Source of the DNA: Nocardioides sp.
Lineage (GTDB): Bacteria; Actinomycetota; Actinomycetes; Propionibacteriales; Nocardioidaceae
Assembly (NCBI GenBank): GCA_035762385.1
Contig: DASTPB010000099.1
Location: forward strand, 1-42,470
Reading direction: 5' to 3'
Length of the DNA: 42,470 nucleotides
This document shows, piece after piece, positions 8,434 through 18,590 of this stretch. Position numbers and translations under genes: made by a program. Positions within the stretch are counted from its first letter, which is position 1; each line of letters begins with the position of its first letter. The notes below the pieces were generated by a model that was not told the DNA's origin, did no database searches, and saw only the letters and a program-made list of their open reading frames with translations.

Positions 8434-9735
8434 GTGTCTCGATCTCGTCGCGTCCTCACCGCCGTCGCCCTCGGCTCGTGCGTTGCCGCCATGGCCGGCC
8501 AGACGCCCGCCTCGGCCAGCCGCGGGCATGACCCGCGGGCCGACCACCCCACGGGCGACCATGGCTCGCTGGTGCTCATCGGCGGCGCCCTGCGCAACGA
8601 CGCCGAGATCGTGAAGCGCATCGTCGACCTCGCCGACCCCGACGGCGAGGGCCCGGCTCGCGCGCGCATCGCCCTCGTGACCGCCGCAGCGGCGCCCGCC
8701 GGATCGGCGGCGGAGGCCGCCGACGCCGACCTCAACAACGCCGCCGCCAACGGGCTCTTCTACTCCGAGCTGTTCCGGGCCTACGGCGCAGAGACCTACG
8801 CGGTGCCCGTCGACACCTCGCAGGACGCCTTCCCCGGCGACGCGTACGGTCCGGACAACGCGAACAGCCCCGCGGTGGCGCGCGAGGTACGCCGTTCCAC
8901 CGGCGTCTTCTTCGGCGGCGGCGACCAGACCGACTACGTCCGGACCCTGCTGCGCTGTCGGCCCGCTGCGGACGAGGCCTACCGCACCTGCCGCTCCACG
9001 CTGGTGCTGTCGGCGGTCGAGTCCGTGCTCCGCGCGGACGGCGTCGTGGCCGGGGTCAGCGCGGGTACGACGATCCAGCAGGGCGCGGACATGGTGACCG
9101 GCGGCGAGTCGTACGAGGCCTGGCGCGACGGCGCCGCCCCCGGCTACTTCGACGACACGACGAAGCTGGGCTACCTCCCCTACGGCGGCTTCGGCTTCTT
9201 CCGCCAGGGGCTGCTCGACAGCCACTTCGGCACCTGGGGCCGTCAGGCGCGGATGATCCGGCTGGCCCAGCAGACCGGCCACCGCCGGGTGGTCGGGGTC
9301 GACGAGACCACCGCGCTCGTCGTCGACCGCGCGAGCGGCACCGGCGAGGTCATCGGGCGCAACGGCGTCTCGGTGCTCGACGTCGGTGACTGCGGTGCGT
9401 CGTGGACCTACCTCACCCGCGGGGACCGGGTCGACCTGGTGGGGGGCACGGTCACCCGCGCGCCCGACGCCGTCGACGTGGTCAGGGCGGGCGACGGCCC
9501 GGCCGAGCGCGGGGACATCTGGGACTCCGTCGCGGCCGACGAGCCAGGCGTCTACAGCCTCGTCGACCAGGCCGTGGCGCTGGTGGGCTCCGGCGCAGCA
9601 CGCGCCACCGGCACCACGCTCGAGACCGATCCCCAGTTCGTCACCACGCTCGCCGTCACGCCGACGACGGGGGCCTGGCGGACCAGCGCCGGCGTCTCCT
9701 TCTCCCGCCTCGACCTCACCATCGCCGCCCGGTGA
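8434..9735 (+). CDS. Secreted cyanophycinase (peptidase S51, CphE-like)
   Basis: Signal peptide, LVLIGGA, FFGGGDQ, catalytic Ser in GVSAG, His in DSHF, Glu in GVDETT. Confidence 0.85.
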   Translation: MSRSRRVLTAVALGSCVAAMAGQTPASASRGHDPRADHPTGDHGSLVLIGGALRNDAEIVKRIVDLADPDGEGPARARIALVTAAAAPAGSAAEAADADLNNAAANGLFYSELFRAYGAETYAVPVDTSQDAFPGDAYGPDNANSPAVAREVRRSTGVFFGGGDQTDYVRTLLRCRPAADEAYRTCRSTLVLSAVESVLRADGVVAGVSAGTTIQQGADMVTGGESYEAWRDGAAPGYFDDTTKLGYLPYGGFGFFRQGLLDSHFGTWGRQARMIRLAQQTGHRRVVGVDETTALVVDRASGTGEVIGRNGVSVLDVGDCGASWTYLTRGDRVDLVGGTVTRAPDAVDVVRAGDGPAERGDIWDSVAADEPGVYSLVDQAVALVGSGAARATGTTLETDPQFVTTLAVTPTTGAWRTSAGVSFSRLDLTIAAR

Positions 9736-9737
9736 GG

Positions 9738-9774
9738 ACCGGCCGGGCGGCACCCCACGCGCCGCCCGGCCGGT
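9738..9774 (+). terminator. GC-rich hairpin after the cyanophycinase gene
   Basis: accggccgggcggc, 9-nt loop, gccgcccggccggt: perfect 14-bp stem, no U tract. Confidence 0.65.
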
Positions 9775-9809
9775 AACCTCCAGCCCGACGCTCGAGAGGA
9801 GCACGCGCG

Positions 9810-10658
9810 ATGACGGTGGCCGAGAGGATCCGCGAGGGGCTGGGCAGGTGCAGCCCCGCCGAGAGGCGGGTCGGCAGGATCTTGTTGTCGGACTACCCCG
9901 CGGCCGGCCTCGACACCGTCGCCCGGCTCGCCGATCGCGCCGAGACGAGTGGCCCGACGGTCCTGCGCTTCCTGTCCCGCCTCGGCTTCGACGGCTTCGG
10001 AGACCTCCAGGAGGCCCTGCGCGGCGAGATCGCCGAGCGCACCGCCTCGCCCCTGTCGATCCTCACCGCCGAGCCGGCCGCGCCGCCCGAGGACACCTTG
10101 CTCGGCCGGGCCCAGTCCGTCCTGCCGGCGGCCACCGCCCACACGCTCGAGCTGCTGCCCCCTGACGAGGTCGAGACGGCCGTCACGCTGCTGTCCGACC
10201 GCCGCTACCGGATCACCGCGGACGGCGGCCGCTTCACCCGGCTCCTGGCTGAGTACCTCGTCCTGCACCTGATGCAGGTGCGCGGCGACTCGCGCCTGCT
10301 GCCCACCCAGCCGCTGAGCCGGACCGACGTGCTGCTCGACATCGGCCGACGCGACGTGCTGGTGCTGTTCGACTTCCGGCGCTACGAGCCCGCGACCCGC
10401 GCGCTGGCCGAGGAGTGCGCCGAGGCGGGCGCCAGGATCGTGCTCGTGACCGACCGCTGGCTCTCGCCGGTCTCCGGGATCGCCGACGCGGTGCTGCCCG
10501 TCCAGGTCGACGCCGTGGCAGCGGCGTACGACAGCCTGGTGCCGGCGCTCGCCGTGGTGGAGGTCCTCGTCGCCGGGGTGCTGGCGGCGTCGGGCGAGGA
10601 TGCCGAGCGGAGGATGACCCGCTTCGAGGACGCGTCCCAACGCCACGGCCTGCTCTGA
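9810..10658 (+). CDS. MurR/RpiR family transcriptional regulator
   Basis: SPAERRV...SGPTVLRFLSRLGFDGF helix-turn-helix followed by an SIS domain (FDFRRY, LVTD). Confidence 0.92.
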   Translation: MTVAERIREGLGRCSPAERRVGRILLSDYPAAGLDTVARLADRAETSGPTVLRFLSRLGFDGFGDLQEALRGEIAERTASPLSILTAEPAAPPEDTLLGRAQSVLPAATAHTLELLPPDEVETAVTLLSDRRYRITADGGRFTRLLAEYLVLHLMQVRGDSRLLPTQPLSRTDVLLDIGRRDVLVLFDFRRYEPATRALAEECAEAGARIVLVTDRWLSPVSGIADAVLPVQVDAVAAAYDSLVPALAVVEVLVAGVLAASGEDAERRMTRFEDASQRHGLL

Positions 10659-10666
10659 CAGCCGGA

Positions 10667-10713
10667 TGGAATATGCATTACAACTTCACAGAGATGAGTT
10701 CGGTGTGTAACGT
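10667..10713 (+). promoter_or_regulatory. Putative operator plus sigma70-type promoter of the ABC operon
   Basis: TGGAA-tatgca-TTACA (10667-10682); TTCACA (10685-10690), 17-nt spacer, TAACGT (10708-10713). Confidence 0.62.
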
Positions 10714-10777
10714 GCGATCCACACACGGGTGACCTCGCTCACAGGGCGAGGCGGCCGCCCCGGAAGGAACCCCCACC

Positions 10778-11752
10778 ATGAACGCACACCGAACCCTCTT
10801 CCGCCCCGCCATGCGGAGCCTCCTCGCCGGCGCGGCCCTCGTCGCCCTGTCGACCAGCCTGACCGCCTGCGGTGACGACGCGGCGTCGTCCCAGGAGGCG
10901 AGCGCCCCCGCCGCCGGCGAGCCCGTCGAGATCGCCGACGTCGGCACCGTGGAGGTGGACGACGCGCTGGCCCAGTCGCTGCCCGCCGACGTCGCGGACG
11001 CCGAGCAGGTCACCGTGGCCACCAACGCGCCGTACCCGCCGTTCATCGACTTCGTCGAGGAGGGCAACACCGAGGACTTCACCGGCCTCGACCACGACCT
11101 GGTCGTCGCGATCGCCGCCCGGCTCGGCATCGCCGCCGACTTCCAGCAGCAGCCCTTCGACGGCCTCGTCCCCGGCCTGCAGGCGGGCAAGTACGACGCC
11201 ATCGTCGGCGGCATCACCGACAACTTCGAGCGGCAGGAGACCGCGACCTTCGTCGACTACAGCGCCTCGGGCACCGGCATCGCCGTCCCCGCCGGCAACC
11301 CCGACGGCATCGCCACGCTCGCGGACCTCTGCGGGACCAGCGTCGCCGCCCAGAAGGCGTCGAAGCAGGTCGGCCTCCTCGAGGACTTCAGCGCGGAGGA
11401 GTGCTCCGGCGACGACATCGAGGTCACCGAGTACCCCCAGAACACCGACGCCGTCCAGGCACTGCTCGCCGGCAAGGCCGACGCCATCGCCGCGACGCGG
11501 GTCAACCTGCTGGAGGACGCCGACAAGCTGAGCGGCAAGGTCGAGGTCGTCGACGACCCCGAGGCGCCAAACGGCTACCAGGCCAGCCCCAACGGCATCG
11601 GCTTCGTCAAGGCGGACGCCGAGCTGGCCGACGCGTTCCGTGCGGCCCTGCAGTCGCTGATGGACGACGGCACCTACGACGAGATCCTCGCGAAGTACGG
11701 CCAGGAGGCCATCGGCATCGACGAGGCCACGGTCGACGCGGCGATCGACTGA
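10778..11752 (+). CDS. Polar amino-acid ABC transporter substrate-binding lipoprotein
   Basis: Lipobox LTAC, APYPPF, FDGLVPGLQAGKYD, ITDNFERQ. Confidence 0.92.
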   Translation: MNAHRTLFRPAMRSLLAGAALVALSTSLTACGDDAASSQEASAPAAGEPVEIADVGTVEVDDALAQSLPADVADAEQVTVATNAPYPPFIDFVEEGNTEDFTGLDHDLVVAIAARLGIAADFQQQPFDGLVPGLQAGKYDAIVGGITDNFERQETATFVDYSASGTGIAVPAGNPDGIATLADLCGTSVAAQKASKQVGLLEDFSAEECSGDDIEVTEYPQNTDAVQALLAGKADAIAATRVNLLEDADKLSGKVEVVDDPEAPNGYQASPNGIGFVKADAELADAFRAALQSLMDDGTYDEILAKYGQEAIGIDEATVDAAID

Positions 11753-11798
11753 GCTCCCCGGTCCCTGACCGACCGCACCCTGCGCCTTGGAGGCGACG

Positions 11799-12727
11799 AT
11801 GAGCAGCACCACATCCCCCCGGACAGCGGCAACCGGCCCCATCGGCGGCCGGGAGGCCGCGGCCGACCTCGAGGCGGTACCCCTGCGGCACTGGGGCCGC
11901 TGGGCCGCCGCGGCGGTCGTCCTCTACGTCACCGCGGCGTTCGTCTGGTCGCTCGCCCGCAACCCGAACCTCGAGTGGGACGTCGTCGGTGACTACCTCT
12001 TCGAGGACTTCGTGGTCCGCGGCGTCGGCATCACGCTGATGCTGACCGTCGTGGCCATGGCGATCGGCACGGTCGGGGGCATCGTGGTCGCGGTGATGCG
12101 ACTGTCCAGCAACCCGGTCCTGCGGGGGCTGTCCTGGTTCTACACCTGGTTCTTCCGGGGCACGCCCCTGCTGGTCCAGATCATCTTCTGGGGCTTCCTC
12201 GCCGCCCTCTACCAGCAGATCGAGATCGGCATCCCGTTCACCGACGTGACGTTCGCGAGCGTGGACACCAACGCGGTGGTCGGGCCGATGACGGCCGCGA
12301 TCCTGGCGCTGAGCCTCAACGAGGTGGCCTATGCCGCCGAGATCGTCCGGGGCGGCATCGCGTCGGTCGACGGAGGCCAGGACGACGCCGCCTCCGCGCT
12401 CGGCATGACCCGCAGCCAGGCGATGCGGACCATCACGCTGCCGCAGGCGATGCGGGTCATCGTCCCGCCCATGGGCAACGAGACCGTGACGATGCTCAAG
12501 TCGACGGCGCTGGTGTCCGTCATCGGGGGCAAGGACCTGCTCACCGCTGTCCAGAGCGTCTACGCGCAGAACTACCAGGTGATCCCGCTGCTCGTGGTCG
12601 CCGTGATCTGGTACCTCGCGCTGACGAGCGTGCTGAGCGTGGGCCAGTACTTCGTCGAGCGGCGGTACGGCAAGGGCTACGGAAATGCGTCGATGAGCCG
12701 TCGCTGGCTCGGACTGGGAGTGACCCG

Positions 12728-12731
<4 letters not shown>
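11799..12731 (+). CDS. Amino-acid ABC transporter permease
   Basis: [31 protein letters not shown]; RBS GGAGG before ATG. Confidence 0.93.
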
Positions 12732-13533
<802 letters not shown>

Positions 13534-13534
<1 letters not shown>

Positions 13535-14775
13535 TGCCGGAAGCCCTCGAGCTCCTCCGCCGCCGGGTGGAGGAGCGCTACCCCGCGTACGTCGAGGAGC
13601 TGGCCGCCCTGGTGGCCATCGACTCCGGGTCCGGTGACCCCCTCGGCGTCGAGCGTGTCGGCGACCGGGTCGCGTCGCTGCTGACGGGGCTGGGCATGGC
13701 CGTCTCCCGCCCGCTGTCGGTGACCTCGGAACCCGCGACCCGGGAACCCGCCGAGGGAGTGCCCGCGGTCGTCGGCCGTTGGCGCGGGCGGGGCAGCCTG
13801 CGGGCGTTGCTGGTCGGCCACCTCGACACGGTCTTCGCCGTCGGCACGGCGGTCACGCGGCCCTACGCCGAGCGCGACGGCCGGGCGACCGGACCGGGTG
13901 TCTGCGACGACAAGGGCGGTCTGCTCGCGGGAGTCTTCGCGCTCGACGCGCTGCGGCACCTCGGGTGGGACGACTTCGCCGCCGTGACCTTCGTCGGCGT
14001 CCCCGACGAGGAGGTCGGCTCGCCCGGCTCTCGCGAGCTCCTCGCCGGCCTCGCGGACGAGCACGACGTCGCGCTGTGCCTGGAGTGCGCCCGCGAGGAC
14101 GGCAGCGTGGTCATCGGCCGCAAGGGCGTCGTCGACGTCGTGCTCGAGGTGGGCGGCCGGTCGGCCCACGCCGGCGTCGAGCCCGAGCGTGGCGTCAACG
14201 CAGCCGTGGTGGCCGCGGGCCTGGCCGTCGAGCTCGCCGCGCTCAACGGCCGGTGGCCCGACGTCACCGCCAACGTCGGCGTGCTGCGGTCCGGCGAGCG
14301 GGCCAACGTGGTGCCGGACCGGGCCCGGCTGGTCGTGGACGTGCGCGCTGTCGCGCCGTGGTCGTACGACGAGGTGCTGGTCGCCATCCGCTCGCTCGCC
14401 GATCGCGCGTCGGTGGACGGAGCGTCGGTGTCGGTGTCCCTGGAGTCGCCGGCGCCGCCCTGGGCGCCCACCGACGACTCGCTTGCCGTCGCGGACACCG
14501 CGCGCGGGGTGGCCGCGCGCCTCGGGGTGGACCTCGACCTGGCGCTCACCGGCGGGGCGGCCGACGCCAACCTCCTGGCCGCCGAGGGGATCACGGTGCT
14601 CGACGGCCTCGGCCCGGTGGGCGGTGACGACCACTCGCAGTCCGAGTGGCTCGACCTGACGAGCGTCGTGCCGCGGGTGACCCTCCTCGCCGGGCTGCTG
14701 CTCGAGCTCGCGGCGAACGACGGGGCCTCTGTCGTTCGCGCCGTGGCGGGTGCCGGGTCGACGGCCGGTCGGTAG
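13534..14775 (+). CDS. M20 family metallopeptidase (carboxypeptidase G2-like)
   Basis: GHLDTVF, GPGVCDDKGG, DEEVGS, CLEC, AHAG, DDHS; no signal peptide. Confidence 0.88.
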
Positions 14776-14795
14776 GTCGGTCCCAGCAGTGGCCC

Positions 14796-14820
14796 CGCCG
14801 GTCGGATGCGGCGACCGGCG
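14796..14820. terminator. Hairpin between convergent genes
   Basis: cgccggtcg, 7-nt loop, cgaccggcg. Confidence 0.45.
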
Positions 14821-14928
14821 AGGCCTCGGCCGTTCCCCCGGTCGGCCTTCTCGACACTTACCCCATCCCAAGGGCGAGCCTCCACACCCCGAAGGCGGGT
14901 GGACAAGGCCTCCCCCGGGGTGGGTGGG

Positions 14929-17355
14929 TCAGCCCTCCTCCGCCCAGTCGCCGAGGACCCAGTCCTGCAGGTGGGGCGGGTCCTGGAGGTGCTCGACGAC
15001 GTAGGCCTGGTGGTCGGCGAGCTGCTGCTGGCACCAGGCCTTGAGGTCGCTGGCGCCCGCGGGCGTGCGGCGCGCGTTGTTGATGGCGTCCATGGCCAGG
15101 TGGTAGCGGGAGGCACGGTTGCGCACGACCATGTCGAAGGGGGTCGTGGTGGTCCCCTCCTCGATGAAGCCCCGCACCCGGAACCGGTCGGCGTCGGGTC
15201 GGCCGTGCACCAGCTGGTGGATGGCGCCCGGGTAGCCGTGGAAGGCGAAGACGACGTCGACGTGGTCGGTGAAGAGCTCCTGGAAGGCCGTCTCGTCCAT
15301 CCCGTGGGGATGGTCCTTGGGCCGCGGCAGCGTCAGCAGGTCGACGACGTTGACGACGCGGGTCCGCAGCTGGGGCAGCCGCTCGCGCAGGATCGCCGCC
15401 GCGGCCACGGTCTCCATCGTGACCACGTCTCCCGCACAGGCCAGCACGATGTCCGGGTCGGCGGTGCCGTCGTCGTTGCCGGCCCAGTCCCAGATGCCGG
15501 CTCCGCGAGCGCAGTGCACCTCGGCATCCTCCATCGAGAGCCACTGCAGCTGAGGCTGCTTGTCGATCACGACGAGGTTCACGTAGGACCTCGAGCGGAT
15601 GCAGTGGTCCGCCACCGACAACAGGGTGTTGGCGTCCGGTGGGAGGTAGACGCGGCCGACGCTCCCCCGCTGCGTGATGACGTTCTGGATCAGCCCCGGC
15701 CCCTGGTGGCTGAAGCCGTTGTGGTCGTTGCGCCACGCCGTCGAGGTGAGCAGGACGTTCAGGCTCGGCACCCTGGCCCGCCAGTCGAGGTGCGCCGCCT
15801 CCTCCAGCCACTTGCTGTGCTGGATGGTCTGGGACGCGGACACCATCGCGAAGGCCTCGTACGTCGCGAACCAGCCGTGCCGGCCCGTCAGCGTGTAGCC
15901 CTCCAACCACCCGTGGCAGTTGTGCTCCGAGAGCACCTCCATCACGCGGCCGTCGCGGGACAGCGCCACGTCGTCGTCGGTCACGTGCTCGGCGAACGCC
16001 CGGTCGGAGACCTCGAACACCGCGCCCAGCCGGTTGCTGTTCGTCTCGTCGGGGCAGAACAACCGGAACGTGTGGGGATTGCGACGGTAGATGTCGCGCA
16101 TCATCTCGCCGAGCCTGCGGGTCGACTCGACCCGATCGCGCGCGGGCGCGGTGACCTCGACCGCGTAGTCACGGAAGTCGGGCAGGTCGAGGTCGACGGT
16201 GAGCCGTCCGCCGTTGGCGTGCGGCGTCGCGCTCATCCGCAGGTCGCCCTCGGGGTTGGCACGCCTGACCAGCTCGTGGGGCCTGCCGTCGTCGTCGAAG
16301 AGCTCTTCGGGCCGGTAGGAACGCAGCCACCCCTCCAGGATCCGGAGGTGGTCGTCGTTGTCCTTGATGCCGGACAGCGGGACCTGGTGGGCCCGCCACG
16401 TGCCGCTCACCTGGACCCCGTCGACCACGTCGGGTCCGGTCCAGCCCTTGGGGGTGCGGAGCACGATCAGCGGCCACCGCGGTCGACGGCCGTCCCAGTC
16501 GCCGCCGCGCGCCTCCTCCTGGATCCCCCGGATGCGCGCCCACGCCTTCGCCAGCACCTCGGCGAAGCGGTGGTGCATCCCCGGCAGGTCGTCGCCCTCG
16601 ACCTCCAGCACCTCGTAGCCGTGCCCCTCCAGAAGCGCACGCACCTCCGCCGGGTCCTTGCGGGCCAGCACCGTCGGTCCGGCGATCTTCGCACCGTTGA
16701 GGTGCAGGATCGGGAGCACGGCTCCGTCGCGGGCGGGGTTGAGGAAGGAGATCCCCTTCCACGAGCCCTCGAGGGGCCCGGTCTCCGCCTCGCCGTCCCC
16801 CACCACCGCGAGCGCGACCAAGTCGGGGTTGTCCATCACCGCGCCGAAGGCGTGGACCAGCACGTAGCCGAGCTCACCGCCCTCGTGGATCGAGCCCGGC
16901 GTGGGCACGGAGACGTGGCTGGGAATGCCTCCCGGCGCCGAGAACTGCCGGAACAGGCGACGCATGCCGGCGCCGTCCTGGGTCACCTCCGGGTAGGTCT
17001 CGGTGTAGCTGTCCTCGAGGTAGCTCGCCGCGACCAGCGCCGGCCCGCCGTGGCCCGGCCCGGCGAGGTAGATCATCTGCTGCTTCGTCTGCTGGATCAG
17101 CCGCGAGGCATGGGCGTAGACGAAGGAGAGGCCCGGGCTCGTCCCCCAGTGGCCGAGCAGCCGCGGCTTGATGTGGGCCGAGGTCAGCGACTCCCGCAGC
17201 AGCGGGTTGTCGAGCAGGTAGATCTGCCCGACCGTCAGGTAGTTGTTCGCCCGCCACCACGCGTCGAGGACCGCGACCTCGTCGTCGGTGGGATGCGCGA
17301 GCCTGTCGACCAGCTCCGCCTCCGGCCGCGCCGGCGCCTGCTCGGTGGTCGCCAC
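14929..17355 (-). CDS. xfp: Phosphoketolase (XFP family)
   Basis: WRANNYLTVGQIYL, KPRLLGHWGTSPG, GPGHG, HEGGELGY, GDGEAETGP, LSEHNC, DHNGFSHQGPG, EEGTTTTPFDM. Start chosen at GTG 17355. Confidence 0.95.
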   Translation of the reverse strand: MATTEQAPARPEAELVDRLAHPTDDEVAVLDAWWRANNYLTVGQIYLLDNPLLRESLTSAHIKPRLLGHWGTSPGLSFVYAHASRLIQQTKQQMIYLAGPGHGGPALVAASYLEDSYTETYPEVTQDGAGMRRLFRQFSAPGGIPSHVSVPTPGSIHEGGELGYVLVHAFGAVMDNPDLVALAVVGDGEAETGPLEGSWKGISFLNPARDGAVLPILHLNGAKIAGPTVLARKDPAEVRALLEGHGYEVLEVEGDDLPGMHHRFAEVLAKAWARIRGIQEEARGGDWDGRRPRWPLIVLRTPKGWTGPDVVDGVQVSGTWRAHQVPLSGIKDNDDHLRILEGWLRSYRPEELFDDDGRPHELVRRANPEGDLRMSATPHANGGRLTVDLDLPDFRDYAVEVTAPARDRVESTRRLGEMMRDIYRRNPHTFRLFCPDETNSNRLGAVFEVSDRAFAEHVTDDDVALSRDGRVMEVLSEHNCHGWLEGYTLTGRHGWFATYEAFAMVSASQTIQHSKWLEEAAHLDWRARVPSLNVLLTSTAWRNDHNGFSHQGPGLIQNVITQRGSVGRVYLPPDANTLLSVADHCIRSRSYVNLVVIDKQPQLQWLSMEDAEVHCARGAGIWDWAGNDDGTADPDIVLACAGDVVTMETVAAAAILRERLPQLRTRVVNVVDLLTLPRPKDHPHGMDETAFQELFTDHVDVVFAFHGYPGAIHQLVHGRPDADRFRVRGFIEEGTTTTPFDMVVRNRASRYHLAMDAINNARRTPAGASDLKAWCQQQLADHQAYVVEHLQDPPHLQDWVLGDWAEEG

Positions 17356-17360
17356 GGCCC

Positions 17361-17852
17361 TCAGTCCTGCTCGGCGAAGGCCTCGCGGAGGGCTGCCTCC
17401 TGCTCGTCGGAGAGGTTGGTGAAGATGAGCTCGGGGTTCGAGCCGGCGAACGCCTCCTTGACCTTGTCCACGACGGCGTTCGAGCTCATCACGAACAAGG
17501 CGGACGTGCCGGGTGTCACCTGGTCCCGGACGCGCTTGATGAAGTTGTCGTCGATGCCGACGTCCGTGAGGGCACCTCCGAGCGCACCTGCCGCAGCGCC
17601 GATGGCAGCGCCCAGGAGCGGCACGAAGAAGATCAGGCCGAACAGCATCCCCCAGAACGCGCCGCCGAGTGCTCCGGCGCCGGCGAGGTTGTGGAGCTGT
17701 TGGGTCTTGGGCTTCTTCTTCCCCTCGTCCCACCGCACCGTGGCAGCGTCCTGGATGGTGATGAGCTGCCTGCTCGCCAGGTCCTTCAGGACGCCCGTGG
17801 CGTCGTCCGCGCCGTTGGCCGAGTCGAACTTCCACACTGTCAGGGTTCCCAT
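17361..17852 (-). CDS. DUF1269 domain membrane protein
   Basis: IQDAATVRW, glycine-zipper GALGGAFWGMLFG...GAAAGALGG, DVGIDDNF, PGTSALF, TNLSDEQE. Confidence 0.88.
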   Translation of the reverse strand: MGTLTVWKFDSANGADDATGVLKDLASRQLITIQDAATVRWDEGKKKPKTQQLHNLAGAGALGGAFWGMLFGLIFFVPLLGAAIGAAAGALGGALTDVGIDDNFIKRVRDQVTPGTSALFVMSSNAVVDKVKEAFAGSNPELIFTNLSDEQEAALREAFAEQD

Positions 17853-17921
17853 GTCGCGCTCCTCGAGAGTCGGGTGTCGCGACGATCCTCACCCCCGTCG
17901 GCGTACGGGCGACTCACCCGT

Positions 17922-18472
17922 TCAGGATGAAGACCGGAGCCCGCCCAGGTCGGACCACTCGTAGACGCACTCCGGCAGCAGGTGCCCCTCCTCCTCGAAC
18001 GTCCGCCGATCGACCTCCTCTGCGCCCATCGCCTCGTAGAAGGCACGCGCGGGGAGGTTGGCGCTCAGCACCCCGACCTGGAGCCGGGTGAAGCCCAGCC
18101 GGGTCAGCTCGTCGGCCATCCGCCGGAGGAGCAGTCGTCCGATCCCCCGGCCCTGACGCTCGGGCAGCACGTACAGCGCGTCCAGCCGGGCGATCGCGGC
18201 GGGGCGCCCTCGTCCACCGGGCCCCCGAGGGCGAGTGCGTCGAGCTCGGCGTCGCCCTCGACGACCAGCAGCACCGTCCGAGGAAGCTCCCCCGCCTCGA
18301 CCTCGTTCAGCAGGCGCTCCCAGCCGCGGGCGGACACCTGCGGCGTCCACTCGTCGACACGCTTCTGCCAGGCCTCGTCGGGTATCTGGCCCCGATGGGC
18401 GGTGAGCCAGGTCGCGACCATCACCCGCCCCAGCGCCGGTGCATCCGCGGGAACCGCAGCCCGGACCTCCAT
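17922..18472 (-). pseudogene. GNAT acetyltransferase, frameshifted (pseudogene or sequencing error)
   Basis: N-half MEVRAAVPADAPALGRV... is in one frame and C-half LYVLPERQGRGIG...NLPARAFYEAMG in another; the shift is at the GGGG run 18201-18204. Confidence 0.8.
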
Positions 18473-18511
18473 GCCCGGATCGTCCCAGATCAGCGACCGG
18501 GGTGGCGGGGC

Positions 18512-18543
18512 CCAAGGATTCCCCAACCACGAGAACGGATGTT
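18512..18543 (+). promoter_or_regulatory. Direct-repeat box 1 plus -10
   Basis: CCAAG-gattcc-CCAAC, 10 nt, GATGTT. Confidence 0.65.
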
Positions 18544-18590
18544 GGCCGCGGCTCCACAGACCGCACCCCATCCGTGAAGGGAAGCTCGAG

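Noticed and set aside
14860-14925. CCAAG/ACAAG-like words between the M20 and xfp genes
   Set aside because: Lies between convergent gene ends with no downstream start, and the second half-site is poor.
14806-17964. 1052-aa plus-strand ORF
   Set aside because: Antisense shadow of phosphoketolase and DUF1269; no motifs; typical of high-GC DNA.
17982-18590. 203-aa N-terminal extension of the PKD ORF
   Set aside because: Antisense to the GNAT gene; the RBS, promoter box and signal peptide all point to ATG 18591.
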